Positions 22,301-35,063 of a DNA stretch of 64,000 nt are shown piece by piece (position 1 is the first letter of the stretch; every line of letters begins with the position of its first letter). The stretch covers positions 299,114 through 363,113 of the forward strand of contig MU008176.1 of the NCBI GenBank assembly GCA_010909165.1, given 5' to 3'. The notes under the pieces were generated by a model, which saw only the letters and a program-made list of their open reading frames with translations, did no database searches and had not been told where the DNA came from. This stretch comes from Anthoceros angustus (Eukaryota; Plantae; Anthocerotophyta). The position numbers were made by a program, and so were the translations under genes.

Positions 22301-25300
22301 AGGTGAATTCTTTCAGGAAGTCGCAGAGAGATCAAAACCAGAAGTGCACTTTGTGTTCACAGCCAGTGGCTTGCAGGGATCAAAGGACTTGAATGATCAG
22401 GAGTAGTCTTCCAGTGTCCCTAATTTTGAGCATGGGCAGGTTCTACTCGACTGTGAAACCAGGCGATACTGTGAATGTAATTGGAGATTTTCAGGAGGAT
22501 GGCAGTTGTGTGATTGATGCGATGAATCACCTTATCGTTGTCCATCCGGACATTCTTGTATCTAGTTCTAGAGTGAGTCTGGACCTCTGCATGTCCCTGG
22601 GTTCCATTATTATGATGCGCGTCATAGGTGGAGTCAATCCTGTTGCTGAAGTTTGGCTCCACCTCGGCAGGTGGGAGCAAGCTTCAGCTGTCCACGACGA
22701 TCTGTGCTGGATGAGCGGATCAAGTCCACTGATGTGTCAATTGCCGCTCTCATGGGTACAATGCTGCATCAGCTCTTTCAGGTACTCCCTTTCACTGTTC
22801 AAGGACCTGACCTGTTTGGTCTGGGAGGCTGTCATTATACTTGTCTGGGATTATGGCAACTTACAGAGGCTTGAGCGTCTGATCCGTGAGAAATCGCAGG
22901 TGGCTTTGCTCTCGCGAACACCTTCGAGGGATTTGCTGGAATCTGAAGCTCAGGCAATTGTGCTGCGGCACATAGATGGCTTATATGCAGCAAATGGTAA
23001 GTTCCAATTCCTCCACATGTCAAATTGTATCGCTATCCCTCTCCCTCTGGCTAGTTGATTGTGTAACTGTGGCTCCATGCTCCAAATGAAAAAAACTTAA
23101 GACATTTGTACGCAGGTAGTCAGAAAGAGGCATACAAGCAGCTCATGGACGCAATCCCAACCATATTGGGCTGGGTGCGTGGTCATATTGTACAAAACGT
23201 ATGTGTTCTATCTCCACTCGGAACCAAGAAATCATGCAGTTTGAGCCCCAGACATCTCAACAAATAATCTGGGTCCTGTAATGTGTGGGTCCAGGTTTCA
23301 GGAGACTTCAATGTTGACAAAAGCCAGGACAAGGCACCATGCGTCGAGGAGGTCAGCTAGCACTTCTGACCAACGTTGATATAACGTAGGGTAATAGCTA
23401 GTGGAGGGAAAGTACAAGGTTCGAGCTCAATTTGAGCACGACTCTTGTCTGCTGCTGAAACGGTGCTCACTAAATGGAATTGTCTCGCACTTCCGCAGGT
23501 GGTAGACATCGAAGAGACAATCTGGTCCCCTATGTATGGCCTGAAAGGCATGATAGATGCTTCGTTAATGGTGCGTGACAGAGCTAGTGCTGATTCACAA
23601 GCCCGTGTTCTGCCATGGGAGCTGAAGACTGGAAAAGGGACCACCGGAATGGTAGGGACAGAGCTGAAACAGTTGCTGCTTAAGACTGAATTTTGCTTGT
23701 AGGTCAGCGAATCAATAGCATCCCCTGTTATCCAAAGGACAAGCTTAACATACGGGGAACTGGCTGTGGCAGGCTGCCATGGAGCATCGTGCACAAGTAT
23801 TTTTATACACCCTGCTTATGTCTGACAGGTTACTTGTCTGGTCATACTCCTTTGATCGCCAATGCTTCAAGCACATTATCAGTCATAAGCTTGTACCGCT
23901 CGTATGTTGGTGTGCAGTAGGAAGCATTCTGAATGTCCTCTTCATATTTGCAGATACAAGGAGGAAGTGAAAGACGGGATGATTTACTATATGCACACTC
24001 GTGAAACCCAGGTACAGATTTCCACTTCATATTAGCAGGGGCTTGCAGCTTACCTCTCTAATCATCTCATTGGCTGCTAATGTTGTTTGCTCCTCGGCAA
24101 GTAGGAGGTTCAAGTGCAGCGTGCGGACATTGTGGGTCTGATGATGCGTCGCAATGAGCATGCAAACAGCTTACTGTCTGCATCTACCACCCAGCTTCTT
24201 CCACCCATGCTTAAGGTAGTCCAGTCTCTTGTCCATGAACTCTTGACATGACCTTCCCAGCCAATAGAAACTTCGTCGAGGGAGATGGACATTGATGTTG
24301 GACCCATACTGTGCTTGTAGAGCGCTCATATGTGCCGAGGCTGTCGTCATCTCGATGTTTGCAACGTGTACCACAAAGTATTCTTGCTCAACCCTTCCCG
24401 CCTCTTCTTATGGATCTAGCCCTCTCTAGTTCGATTCTACGCTTTGTCTCTGTCGCTGATATTAGTAATCCATCCGTTCCACAGGTGAATGAAGGAGGCT
24501 CACCTGAGAGCAGTGGCCTTGGGGACTTATTTCATGACCTCACTGGCCATCTCAGTACCAGCCATGCGGAGTTTCTTCAGCAATGGGATCGTCTGATAGA
24601 TCTTGAAGCTCAGGACATGCAGGTCCTGTGGCTTGAAATGGTTTAAGTAGTTATCACCAGCCTCAGCGCTCCAATGCTGATGGGTCCTACCGATGTGTTG
24701 GATTCTACTTGCAGGTGTCTCACAGGGAGATCTGGAGAATGAGCAGCAAGAAAAGAGAGCTACATGGTCGCTGTCTTTCATCCTTGATCATTTACATGAC
24801 ATCTGGGCATCCGGAAACACAGGATGCTAAGAGTGACAGGCACACGTATTGCTTTCGACGGACAAATTGGCCTGACAGCCAGGGTGTAGGTCTCAACACT
24901 GCAGGCAGCTTCCTAGACCGTCCATTCTCTTCTGGAGACTTTGTGGTAACGTCTGATTGTCTTTTGTAAAGCAGCCTGTGGACCATTCAATTGTGTAGAT
25001 AAACGAGTTGTGGACGCACCATGGTGTTAATCCACCACATGTTTGCACATCAGATTTTAAGTACAGAAAGTGGACACACCGCTGTTGCAGCAGGAGTCAT
25101 CACCAGCATCACTAAAGACTCTCTACAAGTGAGTTCCTGGTTTCTGTTGACTAAAATATTCCACTGACGGTTTCATTCTGCCATGCTGGAGCGCAGTCTC
25201 TAACGCCTGCATCTTCAAGTATTCCAGCTATCTTTATCACGCCGGCTACGGTTGCCGAGCAAGCCTGGGATGCTAGATGCCGACAGGCTAAGTCAGGAAG

Positions 25301-28270
25301 TATGGCGTATCGACAAGGATGAAACAGCCTCCTCGGTGGCACTCATGAGGTGTTTAGCTCAACACCTTGCATCGACTTGGGTGATTGCATGTGGACAAGC
25401 ACCTTTCGGGGTACTGCATGCTGACCATGCAAGGACTGGACAGTACTCAAATCTCAGAGCATGTGATTACAATGGTGTGTCCTGGTCTATCTAAGCTGAA
25501 AAGTCCTTTTGTCAGGTATAATCTGCTGCAGCTATTCATCAAGCAGTCTGGAAATGAGAACCACAGGCAACTGATTGTCGACTTGGAGGTATGCCTTGGT
25601 TGAAGTGAACGTGAAGCTGGTTTCCATATGTCATCACACTTCGCTTCCAGATCAAAGTTTGGATTAGCAAGTCGATACGATTCTTAACAGGCCCCAAGGT
25701 TCGAGTCAGGAGCACTCAGCAGTCAGGACCCTGCAAGCCTTTATGTGAGATGTGCTTCGGGTTTGAATGATGATCAGAGGAAAGCTATTCATAAGGTTTG
25801 TTGGTGATGGGGTACCAGATTCAGTCAGGCAAGCCTTGGTATACCTCATGTTTGACAGCAGATGCTTGTCCTACTCTTGACAGATTTTGGCTGCAAGGGA
25901 CTATGCACTGGTACTAGGAATGCCTGGAACAGGGAAGACGTCGCTTATTGTTCATGCAGTCAAAGCCCTTCTCACCCGTGGATGCTCCATCTTGCTAACT
26001 TCATACACGAACTCAGCAGTGGACAACATCCTGTTGAAGTTGAAGGCGGAGGTCTCTGTTCCTATCTCTACCCAAGTTTCCAACGGCCTTTGAACAAATC
26101 GTGTCTGCTTATCTGGACAATACGTTGTATTTGAGGATGCTAGCCAACCGAAGCGCCTTCGTGTGTCACTTGCAGGGGGTGGATTTCATCCGTGTTGGAC
26201 GCAACGAAGCCATTCATCCTGAGTTGCGGAAGCACGCCTTAAGTGGTGCAGGTCTGATTTTGTGCAGTCAGTATCCTTGAAATGTCTGTCACCACACTCT
26301 TGTTTTCTGAAGTGGTTTCTGGTGGAAACAGATGGTCATGTAGCACCTGTGGAAGAGCTAGATGCTAAGGTTCAGCGAGCTCAAGTTGTTGGGGCTACCT
26401 GTCTTGGCATCACGCATGCTTTGTTTTCAAAGCGGAAATTTGATGTGTGTATCGTCGATGAGGCTGGACAAATAACACTTCCTGTACGTACAAAAGGTCT
26501 CCTCCCTTTATGGTATTGGCAATTGGTGTGTCATGATATGGATCCCTGATCTCTGCGGCCGCAGGTGTGCCTTGGACCTCTGCGTTCTGCTAGCAAGTTT
26601 GTGCTTGTTGGTGATCATTATCAGCTGCCTCCTTTAGTTCGGGTACCTTTCCCTGCTTGTCTGCGTTCCCCTTCGTTGTCCTCGAGTTTCAGCAGCTTGG
26701 CGGCTGTGTCAGCCTGCTTGCAGTGGCCGTGCTAAATGAAATACGTTTGACAGAACTCGGAGGCTCGGGAAAAGGGCATGGCTATCAGCCTGTTTCGAAG
26801 GCTCTCTGAAGCCCAGCCTCAGTCTGTGTACGCTCTTCAAAGCCAGGTGACAGTGGTTGATTTGAGTATTCAAGCAACAAAGATGCTCTTTCTTCAGACC
26901 CTTTCGCTTAATTAGTACTGAAGCAAGATAGGCCTTTGTACAGGCATATGCTGATGAGAAAGCATCGACATTTGCAGTATCGCATGTGTGCAGACATCAT
27001 GGCTCTGTGCAATGCTCTAATTTATGGAAACAGGTTGAGATGCGGATCAACTGAAGTAGCGAGTGCCCAGCTAAACCTGCAGAAAAACTACGCAGATAAC
27101 TGCCACCCATGGCTAGCTGAGGTGCAATTTGTGCTGGCCTTGTCAAGTTTCACTGAGGAACTTCCTCTGCTCCCTGCCTGGACATGGATAGATTGTGTGC
27201 CTAAGACAAGGGTGGTGGTTTCAGGTGCTGGACCCTGCGCGCCGAGTTCTCTTTCTAGACACAGGTAGGAAGAAAATCGTCCAGCTCATTGATGATTTTT
27301 GTCTTCTCCAGCATCTTCAATGCAAGCATGTCAGCAATAATGCATCCCAAAAGAGCAAGGCTGCATGAAACTTGATTCATGAGTTCAAGCGCTGGTGGTC
27401 TGTTACAGACGCTCTGGCTGCAGAGGAAACACGAATGCGGAAGGCGGTGCATAATGTGGGTGAATCGTCGCTGGTAGTGAAGGTGAGGTCCCCAGAGCAG
27501 GAAAAGCATAAAGGCGTCAGCAGAGACAGCAACAAAGCTGACATGTGATCCAACTGTTTACAGGTTACCAAAGGTTTGATTTCGGCTGGCATTTCCATAC
27601 AAGACATCGGTGTGATCAGCCCATACAATGCTCAGGTGGACACCATCCGTCGCATGGCATCCGAAGCAGGCCTCCCTTCCCTGGAAGTGCACACCGTGGA
27701 CAAATACCAGGTGGGTGGTGGCAGAACACGGAGACAAATAGCCTGCCTGGATGGTTTGTGGGCGGAGGAAGCAAAGCCTGACCAGGGCCAGTGTGGGTGT
27801 GTGGGTGTGGCAGGGCCGAGACAAGGAGTGCATCTTTGTGTCTTTTGTCAGGTCGCATGCCTCCTGTGGCGGAGCAAATCCCGGCTCCCTGCTCGCAGAT
27901 TGGCACCGCATTAATGTGGCCATCACACGGGCCAAGGTAGCGATCCAGCAACGTCTCATCTTTTTGATCATGTTGCTTTTCTCCTAATCCTCCTGACGTG
28001 GAAGCTTTCTCCTGTCTCTTCCTTTCTCCGGTTCTCATGAGCAGAAAAAGCTGATCATGCTGGGGTCTCAAAGGACGCTGTCATCCACACCCTTGTTGAG
28101 TCTTCTCATCCGCCAGGTGAGCAGGCAGACCCAGGCCCAGGCCCAGGCCCAGGCCCAGGCCGGGTCATGTGCCGATGCTGATGCTTTTGGATAAAACGTC
28201 TGAGCCGCATTGAAACTGGCAGGTGAGGCATCTCGGAGGCCTGGTGGAACTCCCTCCCGGCATCCCTTAA
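19376..28270 (+). CDS. DNA2: DNA replication helicase/nuclease DNA2 (JHS1 homolog), multi-exon. As assembled, the 5' end is frameshifted and interrupted at 19963-20264; the body from 20265 appears intact
   Basis: Motifs seen: [12 protein letters not shown] (Fe-S Cys), [19 protein letters not shown] and PWELKTGK (nuclease), [26 protein letters not shown] (Walker A), [40 protein letters not shown]|[14 protein letters not shown]|KKLIMLGSQ. The predicted last exon is 28223-28270 ([15 protein letters not shown]). Confidence 0.93.
28130..28159. repeat. (CCCAGG)5 microsatellite in the last DNA2 intron
   Basis: Directly visible. Confidence 0.9.
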
Positions 28271-30439
28271 AGCTGGGCGGATTTGGGTGAGGTCTGGATA
28301 GGACTGGAGTCGGCTTCCCAGTCCCCGATATGTACCCATGTGTGGAGCTGTACGGTCTCGTGGCGGTAGCCAGAGCAGCCACCATGTGTGGCTGGCTCAA
28401 GAACGGTCTGTGGATGATGCACATGATGGTAATGTGACGGAGAGGAGCGACGGCACGAATTCTGTCCGCCTGCCACCGTAATGTGTAGTTTACTGCAGCG
28501 AGCCACATGGAGCGCAACGAGCAGTGCAAATGGCGGTGCGGCAAGTGTGCGTCTTCTCGTTTGTGTGTGGGCCTGGTGCGTGCCCGCATCGGGAGTCTGG
28601 CCTGGCCGCCATCGCCTGTGCGCTTCTGTGTGGGCCACTAGGGCACGCCATTTCTTCCCTCTAGAACCCTAGAGAGAGGGGAATTCAATTTCCTTCCTCC
28701 ATCGCCTCCTTTCTGACGCGAGCCACGGGCTGCGCTCGATGGCTGCCTTCCGTGCGGCCATGCAACCTGACTGCGGCGCAGCGGCAGCCACTCGCTGCTT
28801 TGGCGCTCCTGTGGTGAGTGATGTTGAGCGAGTTCTCCGAAACGGCACAGTGCAGGCGCAAATGGCTCCGCCTCCGTCTGACACCCCGCGGTGTGCATGT
28901 CAGTGCGCGTAGCAGGCGGCAAGCGTCGAAGGAAGGGATGCGTGAATTGTAGGGCAGAAGGGGACTCCGCCGTGCGCACGTCCCGACTCACTGGCACGCT
29001 CGCAAAGAAAGCACACACAGAAAAAACACACGCAGGTGCCTGCTCTGCTTCCCGGTCTGCTCCTGCTCGTCGTCCTGCTCCTGCTGGTACCAAGCAGATA
29101 CGAGCGGCAGGGAGACAGACATGCGATTGCTGCTGCTGCCGCTGCCGAGTCGTGGATTCCTGATTCGCGTGCGACTCCCTGTCGCGCGGCGAGACGCGAG
29201 ACGCGAGACGCGTTCCGTTACCTGCAGCCGAGTGGAGCGCCAGTACACAACCCTGACCGGGACTGAAGCCCGCCAGTCGCGACTGGCCCGAGTCGCGTCG
29301 AGTCGCCTCGAGTCGCCGGGAACCCGGCGGCAGTGTCCTGAGTCGGGGACCGGCCGGCGTCGCGGGCCGTGACTGGCTGCGCACAAGTTGCGTTTTCTCT
29401 GGGACCGGCGCGCTGGCTGCAGAGAGCGCCAATACGGGACGGGGAAGTAAAGTGAAGAAAATCGAGCAATGCAGCGCCGCGGGGTCGGGGTCGGGGTTCG
29501 GGGTCGGGGCCAGCCCGGGACCCGGTTCTTTTCGCCGCCGCCACGTCCGCACGTCGCCCCTCGCCCTTCATGCAACTGTCAGGGGAAAAGGGTGCGGATG
29601 GGCCAGTGGGAAACATGACTTTTCTAGTCCGGCCCAATAATAGCGTAATCAGATTTTTAGACGCGCCAGTGGATGGTGGGAGGCCACGCCGCCCCGGTCC
29701 GTCATGTCGCCTGACCCTCCCCCCAAATCGAATGCTCGGAATGATGTGGTTGGGTAAAAACAGGCGCGTAACGGAAACCAAACCAAACACCAAACCAAAG
29801 AGGGAGCCGAATTGATGACTGCCTCTGTCGTGTCGTGCTTCCCACTCGCTTTCAAATTTTGCGCACTCATCTCATCAAGATGGTGGAACGTGAAACCAGA
29901 AAAAGCTTTTCCCATAACCACGTCATCTTATTTACGTACATGCAGTGACATCATATGGAAACCATGGAGAGGATGAATTTTGAGAAAGGATAATATTTTC
30001 TAGGTTTAGAAGTAAACCAATATAGATAATTTCATTGTCATTCCAATCTCTCTCTTGGTCTTCCCTTAGTGGATTTTAATGGGATTCTTCTGCACATGGA
30101 CGAAACTAGTAAATAGATTGTGTAGTCTCAAATGGCCTCTGCTAGGTAGTACTTTAATAAATAATGCTCATTTTTTGTTCTCTTATCTCTAAGATCTATC
30201 CAAAGATGCGGATGATAGTGCTAGCATGGGCAGCTCAGTGACACCAGTCTAACGCATAATGTAATTTCATTAAAAATATGAAAGTGGTTTCAATATTATT
30301 TATTCATATAAGTCCTTGGAGAAGATGTGCACTACTTTGCAATTTCAGGGATTAGAAACATAACAGCACAAGACCTTGGCTGAGTTTTTTGAAACCACAT
30401 ACCCTACCTAACAAGACGGTTCACATCATTTGAAGAAAA

Positions 30440-33400
30440 AGTAGCCTCATCAAGTAGCCTCATTCTCGCATGTTCCTTGGTCGAGGATACGGCCTTTCGC
30501 ATGCGGGGCTCCGTGTTTGAATGGGAGGCCTAAGGGGAGTCCCCACGCTGGTATTGATAGCCCGGTGTACCATCCAAGAGTTTGTGTGGAGTGGGTGAAT
30601 CACTTCCTCTCCTCCTCCCTGTCTGGCTGGGAGTTCCCTGGCGTGTTCGATGCGTTGGGGGCCCTGCTCATGTTCTGGGGCGAGGGGCGAGGGGCGAGGG
30701 GCGAGGGGCGAGGGGAGGGGAAGGGGAACCCCGTAAAAGCATCTTTTAGCTATGATGTTGGGAACAGTAAGCTTTATTGAATGGCGGGAAAGTCGCCAGC
30801 TGTGGATACAAGTATCTTGGTGTCCCACAGGGTCATACGAGGGTCGGGGCGCAGAGAGGTCTTCGCTGCATGAAGAAGGGCCGCTAACTGCCGTGGTGGT
30901 GAAGGGGGGGCCGGTGGTATAGGCGTTTGCGTCGCCTCCCTCCTTTAGCAAGTCCCAGGTGCTCCACAATTTGAGGTTGAAGTTAACCACCGCTTTATTG
31001 ATCTCGTCATATAGCCAGGAGACCTTTGCGCCTGGGACAAGGGCTTGGAGGGACTTGTGGAGTGAGTGTGGGATCGTACCAATGACTCCCACAATAAATG
31101 GGATGAATTTGATGGTAGAACGGGGATAAGTCCATTGGATTGTTGCCGCCAGGGCTGCGTACTTGGCGGTTTTCTCTTCTTGGGTCTTGGCTATATAGCA
31201 ATCCTGGGTCACTGCAACATCAATGATTATGATCCAGCTGCGAAAGGAGTGATCCAACTCCTCCGAGCGTGGCCCTCTCTTATCATAACAGATGATTAAG
31301 TCCGGTTGGAGCCGGCTGGCGACCTTCCAGAAGTGTGGGAAGGTAAGGAGTTCGGTTGCATCTAGGAACTGACCGAACTTATTATGTGCCGTATAGACCT
31401 GTCCCCTGCGGAGGGGTCGGCCGTTGAAACGGAATGTGAACCATTTTGCCACTTCCATGATAATCTTGTCGTGTCGGAGGATCCGTAGGGTCTTGAGGCG
31501 TGGCTCGGGGCATGCGCAGAGGATATGGGCGCATGTTTCCCACTTACGGAGGGTGCAGTTGTGGCATAAAGGGTCCTCTCCTTGTGCAATGGCTCGGCGG
31601 GAGTTGTGGGTATGCAGTTGAGGAGGAACCAACACATGGTGGTGAACTCGACTGTGGGGACATTGGGGTGGGTGATCTAGCTCTGACTACCCGGGGATTG
31701 GGGGTTGGGGAAGTGCCATTGCTTCCAGCCTTCATAGCGTTTCATCTCCCGAATGGTTCCAAAATTGCGCTGATGCTTTATATATATTGTCAGCTTGGCT
31801 ATATTGGCAAATGGGGATGGATTTGACCCAAAGTCAGTCATAACTCCCTGCCCATTCACCTAGACTTGGACTTGTCGACAAGCAGAGTATAAAGCAAACC
31901 ATTTGGCGAAAAGGGAGTTCGGTTGGTCCAACTCCGCTTCCGGGAGGGTGAGGGTTAGGTCCCAATCAAAGAAGATGCACCCAGTGCCGTTGGGTACCTC
32001 GCGACACTTGGCAAGTTCGGCTATGATTCGGGCATGGCCTATAAAAAAAGGCTCAGAAACGTGGTTGTTGTAGCCAGCGGAAGAGGCTGGGAACCAGCGT
32101 GTCTTGTCGTATTTTGATGAAGTCTCGCAAGCCTAGGCCTCCCAACTCTCTGGGTGCACAGAGTTGGCCTCGGACTCTTTCTCTGTCCCCCAAACCTAAG
32201 ACCCGGTGGGCCGAAACCAACATGCATAATATGGCTTGGTGAAGGGTTTCATCCAGAATGTTCAGGTGTGCTAAGGGGTAATATATGACTGGGTTTTCCC
32301 ATTCACGGATCACCTAGATGCGGGACTGGGGGTGAACTAACTTGAGACGTTGGGTGTCATCCCTGATGAGTGCAAGCCGTTTAGTGAATTTGACGAAGGT
32401 CCCGGTCCCGGTCCCCACATCGTTCAGCGTCCCGAAGACGTGTGATTCCACTGCTCTCACCTGTGGGTCGTCTGTGGATGCCCGGTGTTGATAGTGTCGC
32501 ATGGGAAGCTGGGCACCGGCCTTGTAGATAGTCTCCCTAACTCGATTCATCCGCATTCAATCCCCACCATTCGCACTTGGTTATGTCGAATTCCATTCCC
32601 ACCTAGTCGTCAAAGGCGGACCCCCGATGAGCCATTGCTTGGATATCACTCCAAGTACTGGAGATTCGAGCCTTATCTTCCATATAGTCTATCCCGTGGG
32701 TCGCGATGCCGTGCATCCTGTATCCGTGGCAGTCCCATTCCACCCATTTGGAAAGGATGTCGCACAAACAACGAATATGAGTGGACTTATGGTGTTCTCT
32801 TGGGGAATACCTTGGGAAATGAGCATCTCGTCAGAGGTGTTTTGGCCCTTGAGGAGACACATCTTGCTGGCCCGAACAATTTCAAACCAAAAAGCCTTGA
32901 GCAAGGGGTGAAGAGGGTTTAGGTGGATGATATTTCCACAATTCCGAAAGTGTTTTCGAGGTCTGTGAAGAGAACAAAGACCGCCTATTGTGCTCTTCGA
33001 GCGTATTGTACCACCAGGGCTAGGGTGATGTGGCCATCTAGGTATCCCCGCTACTCCATGTGTAACTTCAACTTGCATAGTAGATCAGAGGTTGAAGCGA
33101 TGGAGGTCTCTGTGAATTGCTGCTGAAATCATGTTGGAGAAGACCTTTGTGACCGCCGGGAAGAGCGTGATAGGTCGCCAACTCTGGGGTCGTATGAGGG
33201 GTCACCGTGACTTGGGGGCCAAGCGGACGAACCCAACCTTGTATGTTAGGAAGATGCGGCGAGAGGTTATTTGGTACGAGAAGACCAGACGCAAGCAGTG
33301 AGCCAAGTTTGGGGGCATAGCTTAAGGACTTCATAAGAGAGTTGATCATATCTCGGCCCCCGTTTCCCGTCTCCCCATCGGATCCATTTAGAGATATCTT

Positions 33401-33545
33401 TGAGAATTGGCGAGAAGGTAGGTCCTAAGGAGCCTTCGCGGCTCCACAGGTTTTGGAGCATTGTCTCGATTTCAATGCCTTGGGGGGAAAAACCTGAGGG
33501 AAATACCTTGGTAAACAAAACAAGGCCTACTTTGTACGTACCCAT
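30440..33545 (-). mobile_element. Decayed RLE-type non-LTR retrotransposon (R2/R4/NeSL/HERO-like architecture), distinct from the CRE-like family
   Basis: The C-terminal ORF 30460..31635 has CHNC...ETCAHILCAC (CCHC), RHDKII, QPDLII, IIDVAVT, EKTAKY and IPFIVGVIG (RLE). Upstream broken RT motifs include YDQLSYEVLKLCP, WRPITL, DLENTFG, GIPQENTISPLIF and YMEDK. The 3' tail carries a (GTAGCCTCAT)2 repeat. Confidence 0.85.
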
Positions 33546-35063
33546 TCAATGAAAGTGATAGATGAAGTGCAAAGAGATCCTGTATGTATCTAAGTCCGAA
33601 ATGACAAACCGAAAGGCAGATGCTAAAGGTAAGACTAAAACTCATTGCATTTAACGGAAAGGCATGGAGAGGCGAGGGTCATAAAGCGGGCAAGGGCGTG
33701 CCTCGGTTTCAAATTCCCTCCCAAAATACGAACTTTGAATGCTCGCGGCCCCACCTTTAACGGGATGGATTCACACGTTCCGTTGCGCAACTGGCAAACT
33801 TTGGCTGCCATTCTAGAACATCCCTCCCCGGTTTGCGCATTTAGGTGAACGTTAAAGGCAAGCGCAAGGAATAAAGCATTGTTGGTTCCCGAGACGGAAG
33901 CAGCCCGCCCCTTGTTTTTCTCTGACGCCACCCACCCAGCCTCCCTGGGACATGAAACCACCTCGTAACCCGACCCGACCCGGCCTCGAAGAAGGAAGTC
34001 GTCCGGGCCTGGAGTGACGGCAAGCGTCAAAACCACGCAGAAGGAGAAGCAGAAGAAGACTCTAGCCCCAGACGAGACGAGAGCCAAAACGGAGCAGGCA
34101 ACGCGAAGGCAAAGGCGAACGCTCTCCTGCCTGCGGGTCCCTGCCACAACCAGCCAGCCGCTCCAGCCAGCGCGCCATTCATCGGCCATGGCGGATGCTC
34201 GCCTCCGGGTGCCCAGCTGCTGCCGCTTGTCTTCGTCGTCCCCCGCTTCCCTGCGCTCGCCCCCGCTCTGTTGCTGATATTTGCGGTGCGTGCTCGTGCG
34301 GTGCTCGGGAGCGGGGTTGAGTCAGGAGCGGCCGGCTTGCCGGTCTTGGACGGGCGTCCCGGCTCCTCGTCCTCCTCTGCTGCTGCACAGGTTGCCCTCG
34401 GGTGGAGCAGGATTTTGGAGATCCCGAGGTGTCTGGGAGGTGAGGCCCGGGCCGCCGCCGGGGTGGAACCAATTCCGCTCACCAGTTGAGATTGTCTGTT
34501 GCCAAGCTTGGCGCAGCTGCGGCAAGTCGGGGAGGAAGGGGGGGTTGAGGAAAGGGAAGGAGGGATTGGAGCGCGGGAGGATTGCTGCTGCGATGGGAGT
34601 TAGGGTATGATGCAGATTGGAGGACTGGCTCCTTGGTCGGAGGTTTCGGATGTGCACTGATGGCAGGTTTGCAGAGGCGTTTGTGATTCTAGACCGAGCT
34701 TGTAATTTCAACTACTGTGGTGCCGCCCTGGGGTTCCGTAGGGATGACGGGGGTACGTGCGCCGTCGCTGGGGTAGAAGGTCATGGCCTTGAGTGCTGCC
34801 ATTTCTGCTGCGGGTGAGGGTTTGTGGTGTGTGCATCGCATGGCTGGAGTCGGCTGCTGCCGTAGATTGAGGCGGCCGTGTGTTTGTCTAACTTGGCCTG
34901 ATCGCCGTGTTGCGCAGCCTTGATGTCCTCAAGCTGGAAGAGTTGGTTCGGAACGTAGAGCTGCGGCGCAGGGTGTAGCAATTTCAGGTCTGGTTTGTTC
35001 GAGCTTGGGCGGGGTGTTGGTTGCCGCACATGTGCTAGGTTTGGTTTTTCCACACTTCCGACC

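Noticed and set aside
28370-28480. Small hairpins suggesting a miRNA precursor
   Set aside because: The stems are short and I recognised no conserved plant miRNA sequence.
28638-29575. 304-aa and 195-aa minus-strand ORFs
   Set aside because: Arg/Ala/Pro-rich, with no family motifs; expected by chance at this GC content.
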